DNA from: Klebsormidium nitens
Taxonomy: Eukaryota; Plantae; Klebsormidiophyceae
Length of the DNA stretch: 64,000 nt
Assembly: GCA_000708835.1 (NCBI GenBank)
Contig: DF237229.1
Coordinates: 49,704-113,703, forward strand
Direction of reading: 5' to 3'
In this document: positions 1-11,224 of the stretch, one piece after another
Numbering within the stretch: position 1 is the stretch's first letter
How the letters are laid out: each line of letters starts with the position of its first letter
Made by a program: the position numbers and the translations under genes
Notes under the pieces: generated by a model
What the model saw: only the letters and a program-made list of their open reading frames with translations
What the model was told of the DNA's origin: nothing
Database searches by the model: none

Positions 1-213
1 TGACCTTGCATGTGCAAGTCTGTGCAGCCAAACTTCGGCAACCTTTCCTCATTTCTGAATTTTCTCCCCCACTGGCACGGCCACGGCACACGACTCACAA
101 TCGGTGCTGCAGCTCCTGCCCCCCTCCTGCGCTGCCACAATTACCGTGGCTAATTGTGGCAGACTAAGTTAGAGGAAGGACGGGCCCATCCCCTCCACCA
201 GCCGACCGTTCTA

Positions 214-1810
214 ATGGAGCCCGCTCAGAGGAAGAGGCGCGTGCTCTTTGTCTGCAGCCATAATTCAAACCGCTCCATTGCTGCAGAAGCCATTGCCAGG
301 AAGCTGCGTCCGGACCTGGATGTACATAGTGCGGGAACGCTTTCTGCGGGGTCGCTCAATCCGGTCATGGTCAGCGCGTTGGAAGGCAGGGGGTTCTCCA
401 CGGAAGGCATGTTCTCCAAGGTCAGTACTTTAAGCTTCTGATGACATTTGGCCAGTGTCAAAGTGGAAGTCGTCAACCATCTGCAGCGCCCCAGCAAACC
501 AGCGCGGCAGCCCTTTCGATTGCAGCTCTGCAATGCACTGTGGTATTGCACGTCACAATGCCTCTAGTGGACTGGGGCACTTTTGGTTTAAGTAAGGCAA
601 ACCATGATTCAAACGAGGCTTCTGACTGCCTGTGCTGCATCCCAACCTTTTGTAGTGGCAGACTTGATGCGAATCCCATATGTGTTTGAGAAGCATCACC
701 GCATGAATGAGTCAGCCCAAACTGCTGTCCTTCTTGGAAAGGAAGCAACATGAAGTGGGGGGCTTGGTCGGTAGATTATATGCTAAAGACCCCTGTCGGC
801 TTGCAGAACCAGTCATCCGGATACGCTCTGATTGGGAACAGAGTATTAATACGCTGGGACAGTAACCAGCTCGGCACATGTAAGAGCAGAATTCAGTCTC
901 CGATTGGCTTTCAATCCCTCTGTGGAGTACGTTGCTTGACAACATATGTCCGTGTCTGAGAAGGCTGACATCGGCAAGAGCAAGTGCTGATGCGCGGCTG
1001 GTTTATGCACGCTGTGCAGGGCATTGATGACGACACTGTCAAGGGACTGAACAACCATTGGGATGTAATCTGCACCATGGGCTGCCTGGTAAGTGCATCA
1101 CTGTGTAAGTAGGCTTGAGTTTGGAGACAGGTGAGTCCCAGAGTATCAGCTGCTTGCATCAAAGCTGACATCTGCTTTTGAGGACTCTGAACATGGTTCC
1201 TGGTCTTGAGCCGTTCGGTCAATGGCAAGGAAGACATTGTAATCTCAAGATCAGGAGCAATGTTGCGAAAAGTTGGAAGTCGATGGCATGCTTGACACAA
1301 ACCGCTGTATCAGCCCTTTATTCAGAACACACGATGTTTCGGAATCATGGGGATGTTCTACTTGAAGAGTCAGAAGGGTTGGACAAGGACAGATCGAACG
1401 AGTCGTGCTTACTTGCACGTGTGCCGGTGTCAACATCCTATTATCTTTCCCAAGCACAGTGCCCACCAACTTGTGCAGCGGCCCGTTTCCGCTGCGCACT
1501 TTCTTCTTCTGTTAATCACGCCTCTACTACAATGTGTGGCAACGCGGTTTGTTGGCCAGCATGAAAGCAGTATCATTTATTAAAGCATTACCCACTCTTG
1601 TTTTGATGAAGTACACCCTTAGTATGCCACCTCCTTTTCAACCAGTAGGGATCTGCGGTCTTTTGCTTGCCGCAGGCGAAGGGCCTACCTTACGACCCTC
1701 CTTCATCAACGGAGGTCTACGACTGGGGCCTGCCAGACCCGGCAGCGCAGCCGGAGCTCCTTGACATGGTTGTGGAGAAAGTGATTGAACACGTGAAAAG
1801 TATAAAATGA
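214..1810 (+). CDS. ArsC-like / low-molecular-weight phosphatase (LMWP)-fold protein, 3 exons (214-420, 1020-1088, 1676-1810), 136 aa; an upstream exon outside the window is possible
   Basis: Three phase-0 GT-AG exons join to give the P-loop VLFVCSHNSNRS (C-X5-R-S), HSAGT, DVICTMGC and DWGLPDP. These are the motifs of thioredoxin-type ArsC/LMWP proteins, in the correct order. Confidence 0.85.
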
Positions 1811-2715
1811 GCCCAACACATTTTTGTGGTCACACTGCATCTGTAAGTCCCTGAGTTGTACGGTCAAAGGTTTCGTACCCAACGTTGTTTTGGTCCTTTG
1901 CTGCGAACTTGTAACAGGTTCGAAACCGCGCTGTTTCGGTCAAATGCATGTAGGCCAGGTGCAGTACAATGTTGAGCTCGATGTCAATCTTAGCTAAAGT
2001 GAACTTTGCAGGGGGCCCATGCAGTGCTCAAAGAAAAGGTTACAAGGTTAGTAGACTTCACACTGAGGGCCTCACGACATGATGATAGATGCTTGTCAGG
2101 CCGTGCTCAGAGCAAACATCGGTCTCAGTCTTGCTAACAAACACCGCCCAGGTCAAACGATGGTCTCGCTTTGAAAACATGGCCACGCGCTCGTCATCTT
2201 AACAAGAAGGCATTAATCAGCCGGCCGCGGGCGGTCACGCACGTGATGATAACTTAGTATCAAATTGTGATATAGAATTTGTGTTCGCACACATGCTGCA
2301 GCGTTTTATAGGTAAATTGTCGGAACGTACAACCATGCTATGATCCGTTTCGATCCGCCAATACTGAAAGTTAAGTATATATACGTACTGATACTAACAA
2401 ACACAAGTAGACGGTACATCATGGTATATATATGCAGCCTGAGGCCAGTGCATTTCATGCATCATCCCGCGCAGGCATGTCGGATCAGTGCCTTCCGTGC
2501 ATGCAGTTCGTAATATAAACAGTTGAAAGCAGAAACCTTATCAAAAAGTCTGGCACATGCATAGATCCACATCGTATGTCACCAATCCTTCCCTACACCC
2601 TTCAAATGACTCACAGACGCAGCTATCCGAGTCTGCCTCTCGCTTCTATGCCGCTACCTATTGTCTTGGAAAGATTGACAAGAGTAGGATTGATCAGGCA
2701 GGTACGAAGCTATAA

Positions 2716-4186
2716 CTAGTTGTAGAAGTTGTTGCCCAACTCGTCCACTAAAGTCTTGAGAGCTGAGCTAGCTGGTATTTCAAAGTCAATTGTGTCCAAG
2801 AGTTGCGCAGATGAGACGTAATGTGGAGGTTCTTGGAACGTGATTACAACATCTGGATAACACTTTTGCAAATCAATGGCTCTCTTTGCAAGTCCATCTA
2901 TTGGACCCGCAATGTGCCTCAGATCTACATCCAGAGCCCTCAGATTAGGACAGCAACTCAGGACCTTGGTCATTAACCTGAAATCCTCCGAATTTCTCAC
3001 GCTAAATTGGATGGACTTCAGGAGGGCAAAACGGATGCTCTCCAAAGCCTGGCTGCAATTGATGGACTCGTACAACTGACCAATTCCGGTCCCCATTTGA
3101 TATTCTACTACCGTATGAGGCAAGATTTGTAGAAAAGTTGCCAGCGGACATCGCTCGCTTGCTATTGCCCAGTATTCAACGTTGATGTCGAGGTTGACCT
3201 TGTCAAAACTCTCAAACGTCTGTAAAAGCGTCTCCACATTACTCACATGCCAATTCCCACCTTCAAACCGCAACTCGGTGAGGCTAAACTTGCGGTTCCC
3301 AAGTTCTAAGGACTCTATTGCCCCGGTAAAAGTCACACTTGTCTATTTCGGTGCTTTCAAGATGAGTCTGCTTAGCCGAGGGACTCCTTTGAAGGACTGC
3401 AGGTTGGGTGCATTTATCACCAGATTGCCCCGGATGATTGCACGGAAGAAGTCTAGCTTTTCTAGTGTACAAGACTTTAACTTTGGCTCCTGCAAACCAG
3501 GGCAGTACTTGAGGCTAAGTACCTTCAGTGCAGGCGCCTGAGTCAGCAAGGAGTGCAGGAACTGGTCGGAGATAGTTGCACCTTCCAGTCGCACTTCCAA
3601 AAGGTTGTTGAATGCCAGCAGTCCTCCCCAAGGGAACTTGGAAAGCAAACCCCGAATGCTTCAACAGCACGGTCTCGAGAGGGAGGGCTGCCAGAAGCCT
3701 CCAAAGCTGAGAGGATGCTTCCTCGGTCCGCGGACATTGACCACTGAGCAGGGCAAAGACCCTTAGGTTGGTGCACTGCCTCAGGATGGCAGTCAGCAAC
3801 TCAATCGATGCACAGACCTGCACCTTCAGTGGATCGCCTTCGAACGTCCGGGTGTAATGCAAGGCCAAGCTGCGGAGATGAGGACCCATCTGAGTGACCG
3901 CTTGCACACCCACCATGCTCCCCAGCGTATCGGAAAAGTCCCAGAAGACATGTCTAGCAGCTGCCAGAGCGTTCAATGCTCTAAATCTTTTACAGACCAC
4001 CGACAGTTGGCCCAAGCTCCGGGCGAAGACCCAGTGGCCCTCCCCAGCCACAGCTGGGATGGCTGGGAGCGGCCACACTTCCAAATGCGCGTCTTGCTTT
4101 TCCGCTGCTCTCTCCAGTATCTTCTGCAGAAGCTCGTCATCGAGCTGGTCAAAAGTGCAGCCGCCTCTGTGCTGTCCGCTGGCCAT
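2716..4186 (-). pseudogene. Intronless F-box/LRR (FBD-type) gene with a 1-nt frameshift (~3650) and an in-frame TAG (3343-3345)
   Basis: N-terminal F-box (FDQLDDELLQKILE...LSVVCKRFRAL) followed by LRR-like repeats (LRSLAL, LKVLSLKYCPGL, CPNLRALDV). The reading frame shifts by +1 at CATTCGGGGTTTG. LKAPK-TAG-TSVTF then continues in the same frame into ORF 2716-3336. Confidence 0.75.
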
Positions 4187-5174
4187 GTTCACGAACAAGG
4201 AGAGGTCCAGGGCGCAAAAAGGTCAAAGAACGAAGTTGTAAAAGTGTTCACATGCTACTTTTACGCAAGGTGCGTCAGCATCTTTGACAATCGGGGCACT
4301 CTGCTCTCCTCGGTGACGATTTACAATATCTTGGTTAAGGGCTAGGTAACCGCAAGACAACCGGGTGGTTTTTGAGGGTCAGCTTGATCACGGTTAAAGC
4401 TTCCGGTCGAGCTGACACGATATACATTAAGCTTCGGTTTTGATCTTGTTCAGACCCCGGTTTGGTATTTGACTACCTAGAGAAGCAGTGACTTTTCGGT
4501 CATGGAAGGAAGGCAGGCTGCTACTGTAGTTAGTCTCTGCCCGGTGGTTTGGAGGAGTATTATAGGGTCGCCCGGTGCTTTTTTCAGGTTCCTTGGATGA
4601 CGCGCTACCGCACGCGCGACGACGAGATCTTTGGCAATCTGGCGGCCGACAGTGCCGGCCTTGGTAACACTCAGCTGGTAACACTTTTACAACTTCGTTC
4701 TATGTACTACTTGCGTCGAGGGCCGCCTCCACTACACCGTACACGGTACACCAACACTGCCAGGTGACCTCTCAATCTGTGCCTTGATAGTGTCCGAGAC
4801 TGCGACTGCACCCAGGACCAGAGTCCAGGAAGCTACCGTAGCCTAAGATGGATTGTCGCTGTTTGGTCACCGGGTAAGTTGCTCGTCAGCTACCGTCACG
4901 GCGAGTTCCCCCGTCATGCTCGCCAGCAGGTCCCAGAAACCGGCGTGCCTCTTGACGTCTTTCGGGGCGACCCTCCTGCCTTCAAAAGTAAATTGCCCTT
5001 CTTTCCCGACGGCGAAAGATTGGCTCCGACTCCCGGGTCCAGCAGGCGCTGCCAGTGCCAGGCGCAGCCTTGAAGATCACTGCTTCAGCGCTCTTTGATT
5101 CTTGGAAGGTGGTCACTCGCCAACTTCGCAATCTGCAGAGAGTCTCGGGGTGTTCTGGCGAACAGAAGAGCGCC

Positions 5175-8100
5175 ATGGCAGGCACCCACACTCTCTTGCG
5201 GTTACCTGGACCCACTCTTACTACTTTGCAGTGCAAGGGCAGCCAGCTCCGGTCTCGCTTCGGGCAGGCTATTGCCTGTCCTCTGGTGGCGCGGCCCGCT
5301 GCGGGCAGCTGTCTTGAGCAAAGATGCACGGCGCACAAAGGTGAAAGGTTTGCGACACAGGTGGTTGCGGACAATGACGCCATTTATTGACACGGTGCCA
5401 ATCAATCGTGCTTAGGCCCAGCAGTAATGAGACAATGCAGAAGTCTATGACAGGAGCTTTCAAGCACAAACACATCCCGCTGCCGTCTTTAGGCCATAGT
5501 CCCGCAACCAAATGCTGCCATCTTACACTTTCTCAGACTTACTTCAATGTTTGTGCTGTGCCCTTCCTGCCGTCTCCTTCCTCTTACCTTTCTGGCTGGC
5601 TGTCTTTCCAGCCTGCTCAGCTGACACTAACTTCTTTCTGCATTGGGGCAGCCTTTCTCCCTGCTGGAACGGGACTATCAGCATCCCCGTTTCACCAGCG
5701 GCTTCTGCACCAGTCTGAGAGGAGAGGCGCTCTGAGGCACCGGCCGCAGGCGGTGGCCGACGTGCTGACGGAGGCCCCCCTGCCGGAGCAAGAAGTTAGA
5801 GAAAAGGTGCGGCTTCTTCAGCGGGCACTTGTCGTTTTCACTAGGGGTATTTTGACATGCAATGTAAACAAAAGGAACAAAGTGCTAGTCATGTCGCTGT
5901 AGCTTTGCTTAGCCGTCTTGGAGTGGTACGCTGGTGGAAGGCACGTGAAAACCATTCACAAGGTTGGTAAACGAGCGGCTCGGATTTCTTCTCAACAACT
6001 GCTCAGTTTTGGGGGCAGAATCACCTTGTTCGGAGTTTCTTGATTGCCCTTTCCCAAGTAGCAGAAAAAAGGGCAGTGACAATTTTCAAAAAGAAGACTT
6101 TATATTACACAATCCGCCGCAAAATATGAAAACGAGTTATCCTGAAACCCGCCGTCGTTAAAGCAGTCGGGAAATCAGCAAGATCTGTGTAGGAAAGATT
6201 GAAGGTTTGAAAACCAGAGGTTTAACGTAACCTAAAACCCTGGAGTCGATATATCACACCATGGGCATGTATGTCTTGTACACTTGTGAGATTGTTTTCT
6301 TTGGAAATCATTCCTTTCCAAGTCGTAAAAGGTGTTTGTCAATCACGAGAGAAAAAAATTCCCAAGAGACTAATATAAATAGCAGCGACTTGTTCTTTCT
6401 TAAAATACAGTCCATACTTTTTGATAAAATGTGAAGGGACTGAAAGGGCCCCTGAGTCCTGCAGGCCATTGATGAGGTTGCGGCCCGCCTGGCTGCGGAG
6501 CATGGGTCTCTTCCAACGGGCCCGAATGGGCGGGATGACCGCGACCTGATTCTGTGGTTCCTCCGGGACCGCAAGTTTGACGTTGACAAGGCGGTTGAGA
6601 AGCTGGCCACCGCAATCGTATCCTTACAGCCTCTTCCGGGCAACTGTGGCACATCGACCGTTTTCTTCAGGGGTTTAATTTAAGAAATTCTTTCAGCCTT
6701 GCAAATGCCTCAAGGATATTCTAAGTAGCTGAGCTGAGCCAGGTTGCAGTAGGTCAAGGAAATGCAGGGCTCTACAAAACGATTGCTTGAATACTACAGC
6801 GGGGGGTTTCTGTCTGGCGGACGCCGTAAAGGTCTCTTTTTGGACATTGCCCCGTTGCGCGTTTCCTTGACTCCCTGCTCAGCAATGGCGCACCGACTTT
6901 GGCGTGGAGGCGCTCACGGACGAGAGGGTGGCTGCGTGCGCTGCCACGGGGAAGGCCTACTTGCACACGGCCAAGGACAAGGAGGGGCGCTCCGTCGTTG
7001 TGGTTGTCGCAGGACAGCACCGCCCCGAGGTGAGCACTTTCCCATTGCCCCACGAATCTTGATACAAGTTTTGTGGGCTGACACATTGGCCTGGTTGGTC
7101 AAGAAACACGATGGGAAGCCAGGTCGTAGAGCTACTCTTCCGGTCGAATCGTACTTACGAGGAGAGGTCGTGGATTCAGGTCCTTTGGATGGTCATACAA
7201 GCGCTTTTTTTTTGTCAATCTGTTTGGCAACTTCGATGAGCTCCTTAGGGAGCGCAGTCGGTACAGGTAGTCCACAAGAAACGCTGGGTTGTAAGCTTCA
7301 ACGGAAGTCTTAGAACGGGGCCAAAGTCGAACGTGGAGACTGCCAACGACAAGTTCGCCGTCTCAACGATGGCCAGTTCACCGAGCAGCAACCACCCATC
7401 ATTTGCAGTCGACAATCCATTCTCTTTTTCCTTTTCTTTCCCCCGTTTTTCCGCAACATGTAGTCCCTTGACTACAGATATCATTCTAAGGAGACCCCGC
7501 AACCAGATCCTCGGGCTTGTTAAACACACGAACATGATTCAGATCGTTACATAACGAGATGAGATGCTGAACTCGATCCTGCAAGACTTCCTTTCTTGTG
7601 ATATTCGAATCCAGACCATCAGTCGACCCTTCGCATGCTCTCGCAACATTCATTCCTACGTTTCTGGGGGGGCCGGTCCAAGGTGGCACGGATCAGCGCC
7701 TTCATCCATAACCTGGAGCCAAGACAGAGCGAGAAGCGAAGACACCCCCATCGATTCAGTTGATCACCCTTAGAAGCGTGTCTCGCAGACCTCGGGTGTA
7801 ACAACTTCTTCAAAGTGGCGGAGTTCTCTGGAGAGACTCGCGCCCGTTGCTGTCGTGCGTACATGTCCTTTGAAGGACGTCTCAGCTGATTATCAGCAAG
7901 ACGTTGTGTCACAGACTTCGTGCTGTGTGAAACCATCATCAGAGTTACGGAGTTCTCCGGAATTCTGCGCGCCCGTCTCTCGCTTGCAGGAGTCTTCCGT
8001 TGGAGGACACCTCGGCTGATCGTCAGCAGAATCAATTGTTAGAGACTTCGCGGTGTCTTACACCACCTTCCAAGTCATGTGTTGGAGTTTTCCGGAGAAA

Positions 8101-9648
8101 TCACGAGCTCCTCTTTGTTGTACAGGAGTTTTCGCTGGAGGACAGTCAGCGGCTGTGCGTGCACATCGTGGAGCAGGCGGTCGCCAACCTGGAGCCGCCG
8201 ACGGAGCAGATTTTGGGCATCTTCGACCTGCGCGGCTTCCAGCAGAAGAACACCGACTGGCCCTTCATCAAGTTCCTCGTCGACATCTTCTTCAAGTGAG
8301 GCCGCTTTGCCACTTTTTCTTGTCCGCTCTGAGAATATGACGAAAGTGGTTGATGGAAATACCAACGTAGTACGGAGCTTTAGGTTGTAGAGGGGTCATT
8401 TGTTATACTCTTTCGTCGTCAACTTGAGGAGAAAAGTCTGCGACTTTATTACGTGCCACTTCTCCTTGATGATTCAAGCCTGAGGTTTCGCAATGTACCT
8501 CAATACCCTCTGTCCCTCCTGGTAATCTCGTTTGCCAGCGCTTCCGGACAACCCGCGGTTGACCTTCGCCTAGGTTAGTTTTTCAACAAGCAGTCTCACG
8601 AAAGTTGTAAACGTCCGGACGTAAAGGCGGCGCTCGGTCGCCCAAGTAACGGCACCGCGATCTCCGTTCCCCTAATCCTTTTTGCCGTTTCTCTTGATTC
8701 CTCTGAACACTTTGGGCACTTGATTCCCCTTTGTTTACCGTCAGACGCCGCATGCACGTTTCTGTATAAGCATTGGGGCTCAACGTAAATCTGCCGACAA
8801 AAGCGCCTGATCATGCGCCCTGTTCTTCCAGGTACTACCCGAAGCGCCTCGGTCACGTGCTGTTCGTGGACGCGCCCTTCATCTTCCGGCCAGGCTGGGA
8901 GATCGTCAAGCCCTGGATCGGCAAATACAAGGAGCTGGTAAGCGCGCCGGCTCAGCCTGCCGCTGGAGCAGACTGCCTCTGACAAGTTGCGGATAAGGGA
9001 AGGCTGCTAGATCGAAAAGTACTCAGCAATGTCACAAGTGGAAGTGGATCCCGTATCGTCGCTTCTGTTCCGTGCCTTTGGAGTCATTTGATTTAGGCGA
9101 GCTCAACTTGTGTCGTCGACAAGCTCAACGGTGGTCCCCCTCTGGGGGCGACACCCAGTTTGATCGACCACAATTGACGTTTTTCACTCACCTTCAAGAT
9201 CCTGTCTCCCTTTGTCTGGGGGCATTTTCACAAATTGGAAACGAAGTTAAAAAACAGTTCCTTTTTCTGTCCCACAACAGGGCATCATATATCCACTTTT
9301 CTATCTTTTTGATCCATCGCTGACGGTGGACTAACTCGAACGTGTCCAAGGACGTAAGCGGTGCTGTCTGCAGGCTCCGGGAACAGCCGAACCCCTCTCA
9401 CTTTCTTAAGTTCCATTTGGTCCAGTCGAACGTCCGCAGCTTGTCCTCGAGGATCCTCCAACCAATTGGTTAAAAGAGACATGCTGCTTCTGAAAGCAAC
9501 TGCATAGTGCAAACTTCAGACGCCCGCAAGGCAGGCCAAAGCGGGCGACTGAGCACCGTTTTGCATACCGCAGGTCCGGTTCTGCTCCGCCAAGGACGTC
9601 AAGGAGTATTTCACGGACGAGACGCTGCCTCCCAACTTTCGGACCTGA
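5175..9648 (+). CDS. CRAL-TRIO (Sec14-like) lipid-binding protein, probably plastid-targeted, 7 exons (5175-5360, 5714-5806, 6465-6617, 6883-7029, 8126-8295, 8832-8937, 9574-9648), 309 aa
   Basis: Phase-consistent exons give [30 protein letters not shown]...[20 protein letters not shown] and [28 protein letters not shown]. Exon 1 ([12 protein letters not shown]...) looks like a transit peptide and is the least certain part of the model. Confidence 0.9.
7787..8156 (+). repeat. Degenerate ~130-bp tandem repeat in CRAL-TRIO intron 4; the last copy overlaps the exon 5 acceptor
   Basis: GGAGTT(C/T)TC at 7820, 7949 and 8084; AGAC(C/T)TCG at 7787, 7913 and 8043; G(A/G)AGGAC...GCTG at ~7875, ~8004 and ~8137. 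Confidence 0.7.
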
Positions 9649-11224
9649 CTTCTGTGAGCGCTGAAGCCGAAAGGGGGCCTGTGTTTGGTGCCCCCCTTTG
9701 GCGGGGCGGCTCCCATTTCAGTTTGGGATTGTACGCGCAGGTTGTTGAGTGTGCCCAACTCCGAGATTTTGAGCGTGTTGAGTTGTAACTTAGAAACAAG
9801 GTAGCGGTACTAATCGTCCCCTAGGGATGTTGAGATTGGACCTATTGTTGCAGATTAGCTAGACATCCCCACGGCCATAGGTGTTGCTTGAATCGAGGCG
9901 GTAGGTCTGGTGGACTTCACCGACGGATGACCCCCTGATTTGTTGATGCTTTTACAGCTGTAGCTAGTGGACCATTTGAGCACTTCTGCGTGCTTGAGCG
10001 AGTAAATGATCACGGGCCGGTAGTTGTGAGAACAGGCCGCCCAGGCTTCCACTGCAGCCCGCGGCATATGTTGCCAAAAGAAGTGTAGTAGTGTCCGTTT
10101 ACAACTCTATGTGATGCCCACCCCAGGCGGGGAGACCTGTTTGCAAGCTAGCCCGGCCCGCCCTTGATCGAGTTACTGATTGATTGCGCTCACCAATGTC
10201 AAACTTAAAACACATATCTCATGCGCGAGTTCAAATTAATTGCAAGCGCGCCTTGACGAGCGGGGCCGGCCAGACATTTTTACCATATTAAGGTTTATGT
10301 ATATGCGCATATGAGCAGCCTAGGTGCAGGACTCCGTCCGCACGTGGCGCGCGGCTTTTACCATGTGATGATTGGTAAATTGAGTGTTCAATGAACAGTG
10401 GGCCGAAGTGCTCCGACACATATTTAACATACATTCTGATCGAGAGCTACTGAGCGACACACGTTCTCAAGCATATAGCGCGCAATTCCTAGTAAACTGC
10501 GCCAAGCGCAAGCTTCGCATCAAAATCATCAATTAATATGAGCCACTGAGGGCTGCATAATCAAAAGAGCGGAATGCGTACATATGAAGACGTTTCCATG
10601 GACCACGCTCAGTGTCCTCAGATCTTACATGTGGCAGGCCCTGCATGCGCATTCAGTTGGCATACGTTTCATGACCGAACATCAAACGTTGGTGGTTGCA
10701 GTATCAATTAGAATCACAATTGTGCGCCACGCGTGCACAGCCTAGACTCACTAATATCAAGTGAACCTTGGAACAACATGAAAATGATCTAGCTGTCAAG
10801 CGTTGCGTAACCGCACGGCCCCAATGCTCTGTGTTTGTGCAACATATCTATGCACCCAAGCTCTTTCGATCGGATGATCTTGCACGTCCATTGGCATGAC
10901 GGTCACAAGTTAGGCTGGAATGCAGCGTACCGTGACTGACTAAGCCGTACGTTCAATTGATCCTATAAAATGAGACGGCTTTACTTGCTTGCACGTAGTA
11001 TGGAATGAGCCGCTGATCGACAGCTTTTGCAATATCGATCCAGAAACTTTTCCGCTCTTATTTCAGAAAGAATGCAGCTACAAGCTATTCCTTTGGCGGG
11101 TGCACTGATCATGCCTCCAACGGTGGCAATCGTGCATCTCGGTTTGACGTTCCTAAACCATCGAGCCTGACTATATTGGCTGGAAAAAGCCTTGCTCCTG
11201 TCTTCCTTCGACCGTTGCAGCCCC

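Noticed and set aside
1917-1927. GGTTCGAAACC, a perfect Pol III B-box (a similar GGTTCGAAGCC lies near 57593)
   Set aside because: No A-box at the right distance and no cloverleaf stems, so not a tRNA or a convincing SINE.
3343-3660. Programmed frameshift or stop-codon readthrough in the F-box gene
   Set aside because: The shift needed is +1 at GGGGTTTG, which is not a valid -1 slippery context, and two independent recoding events in one gene are less parsimonious than pseudogenisation or sequencing error.
4549-5383. ORFs 4549-4767 (+) and 4982-5383 (-) as separate genes
   Set aside because: No recognisable motifs. The minus ORF is antisense to the likely first exon of the CRAL-TRIO gene, and the rest fits 5' UTR/promoter.
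7245-8035. Nested antisense ORFs in CRAL-TRIO intron 4
   Set aside because: No homology cues, and the longest overlaps the degenerate tandem repeat.
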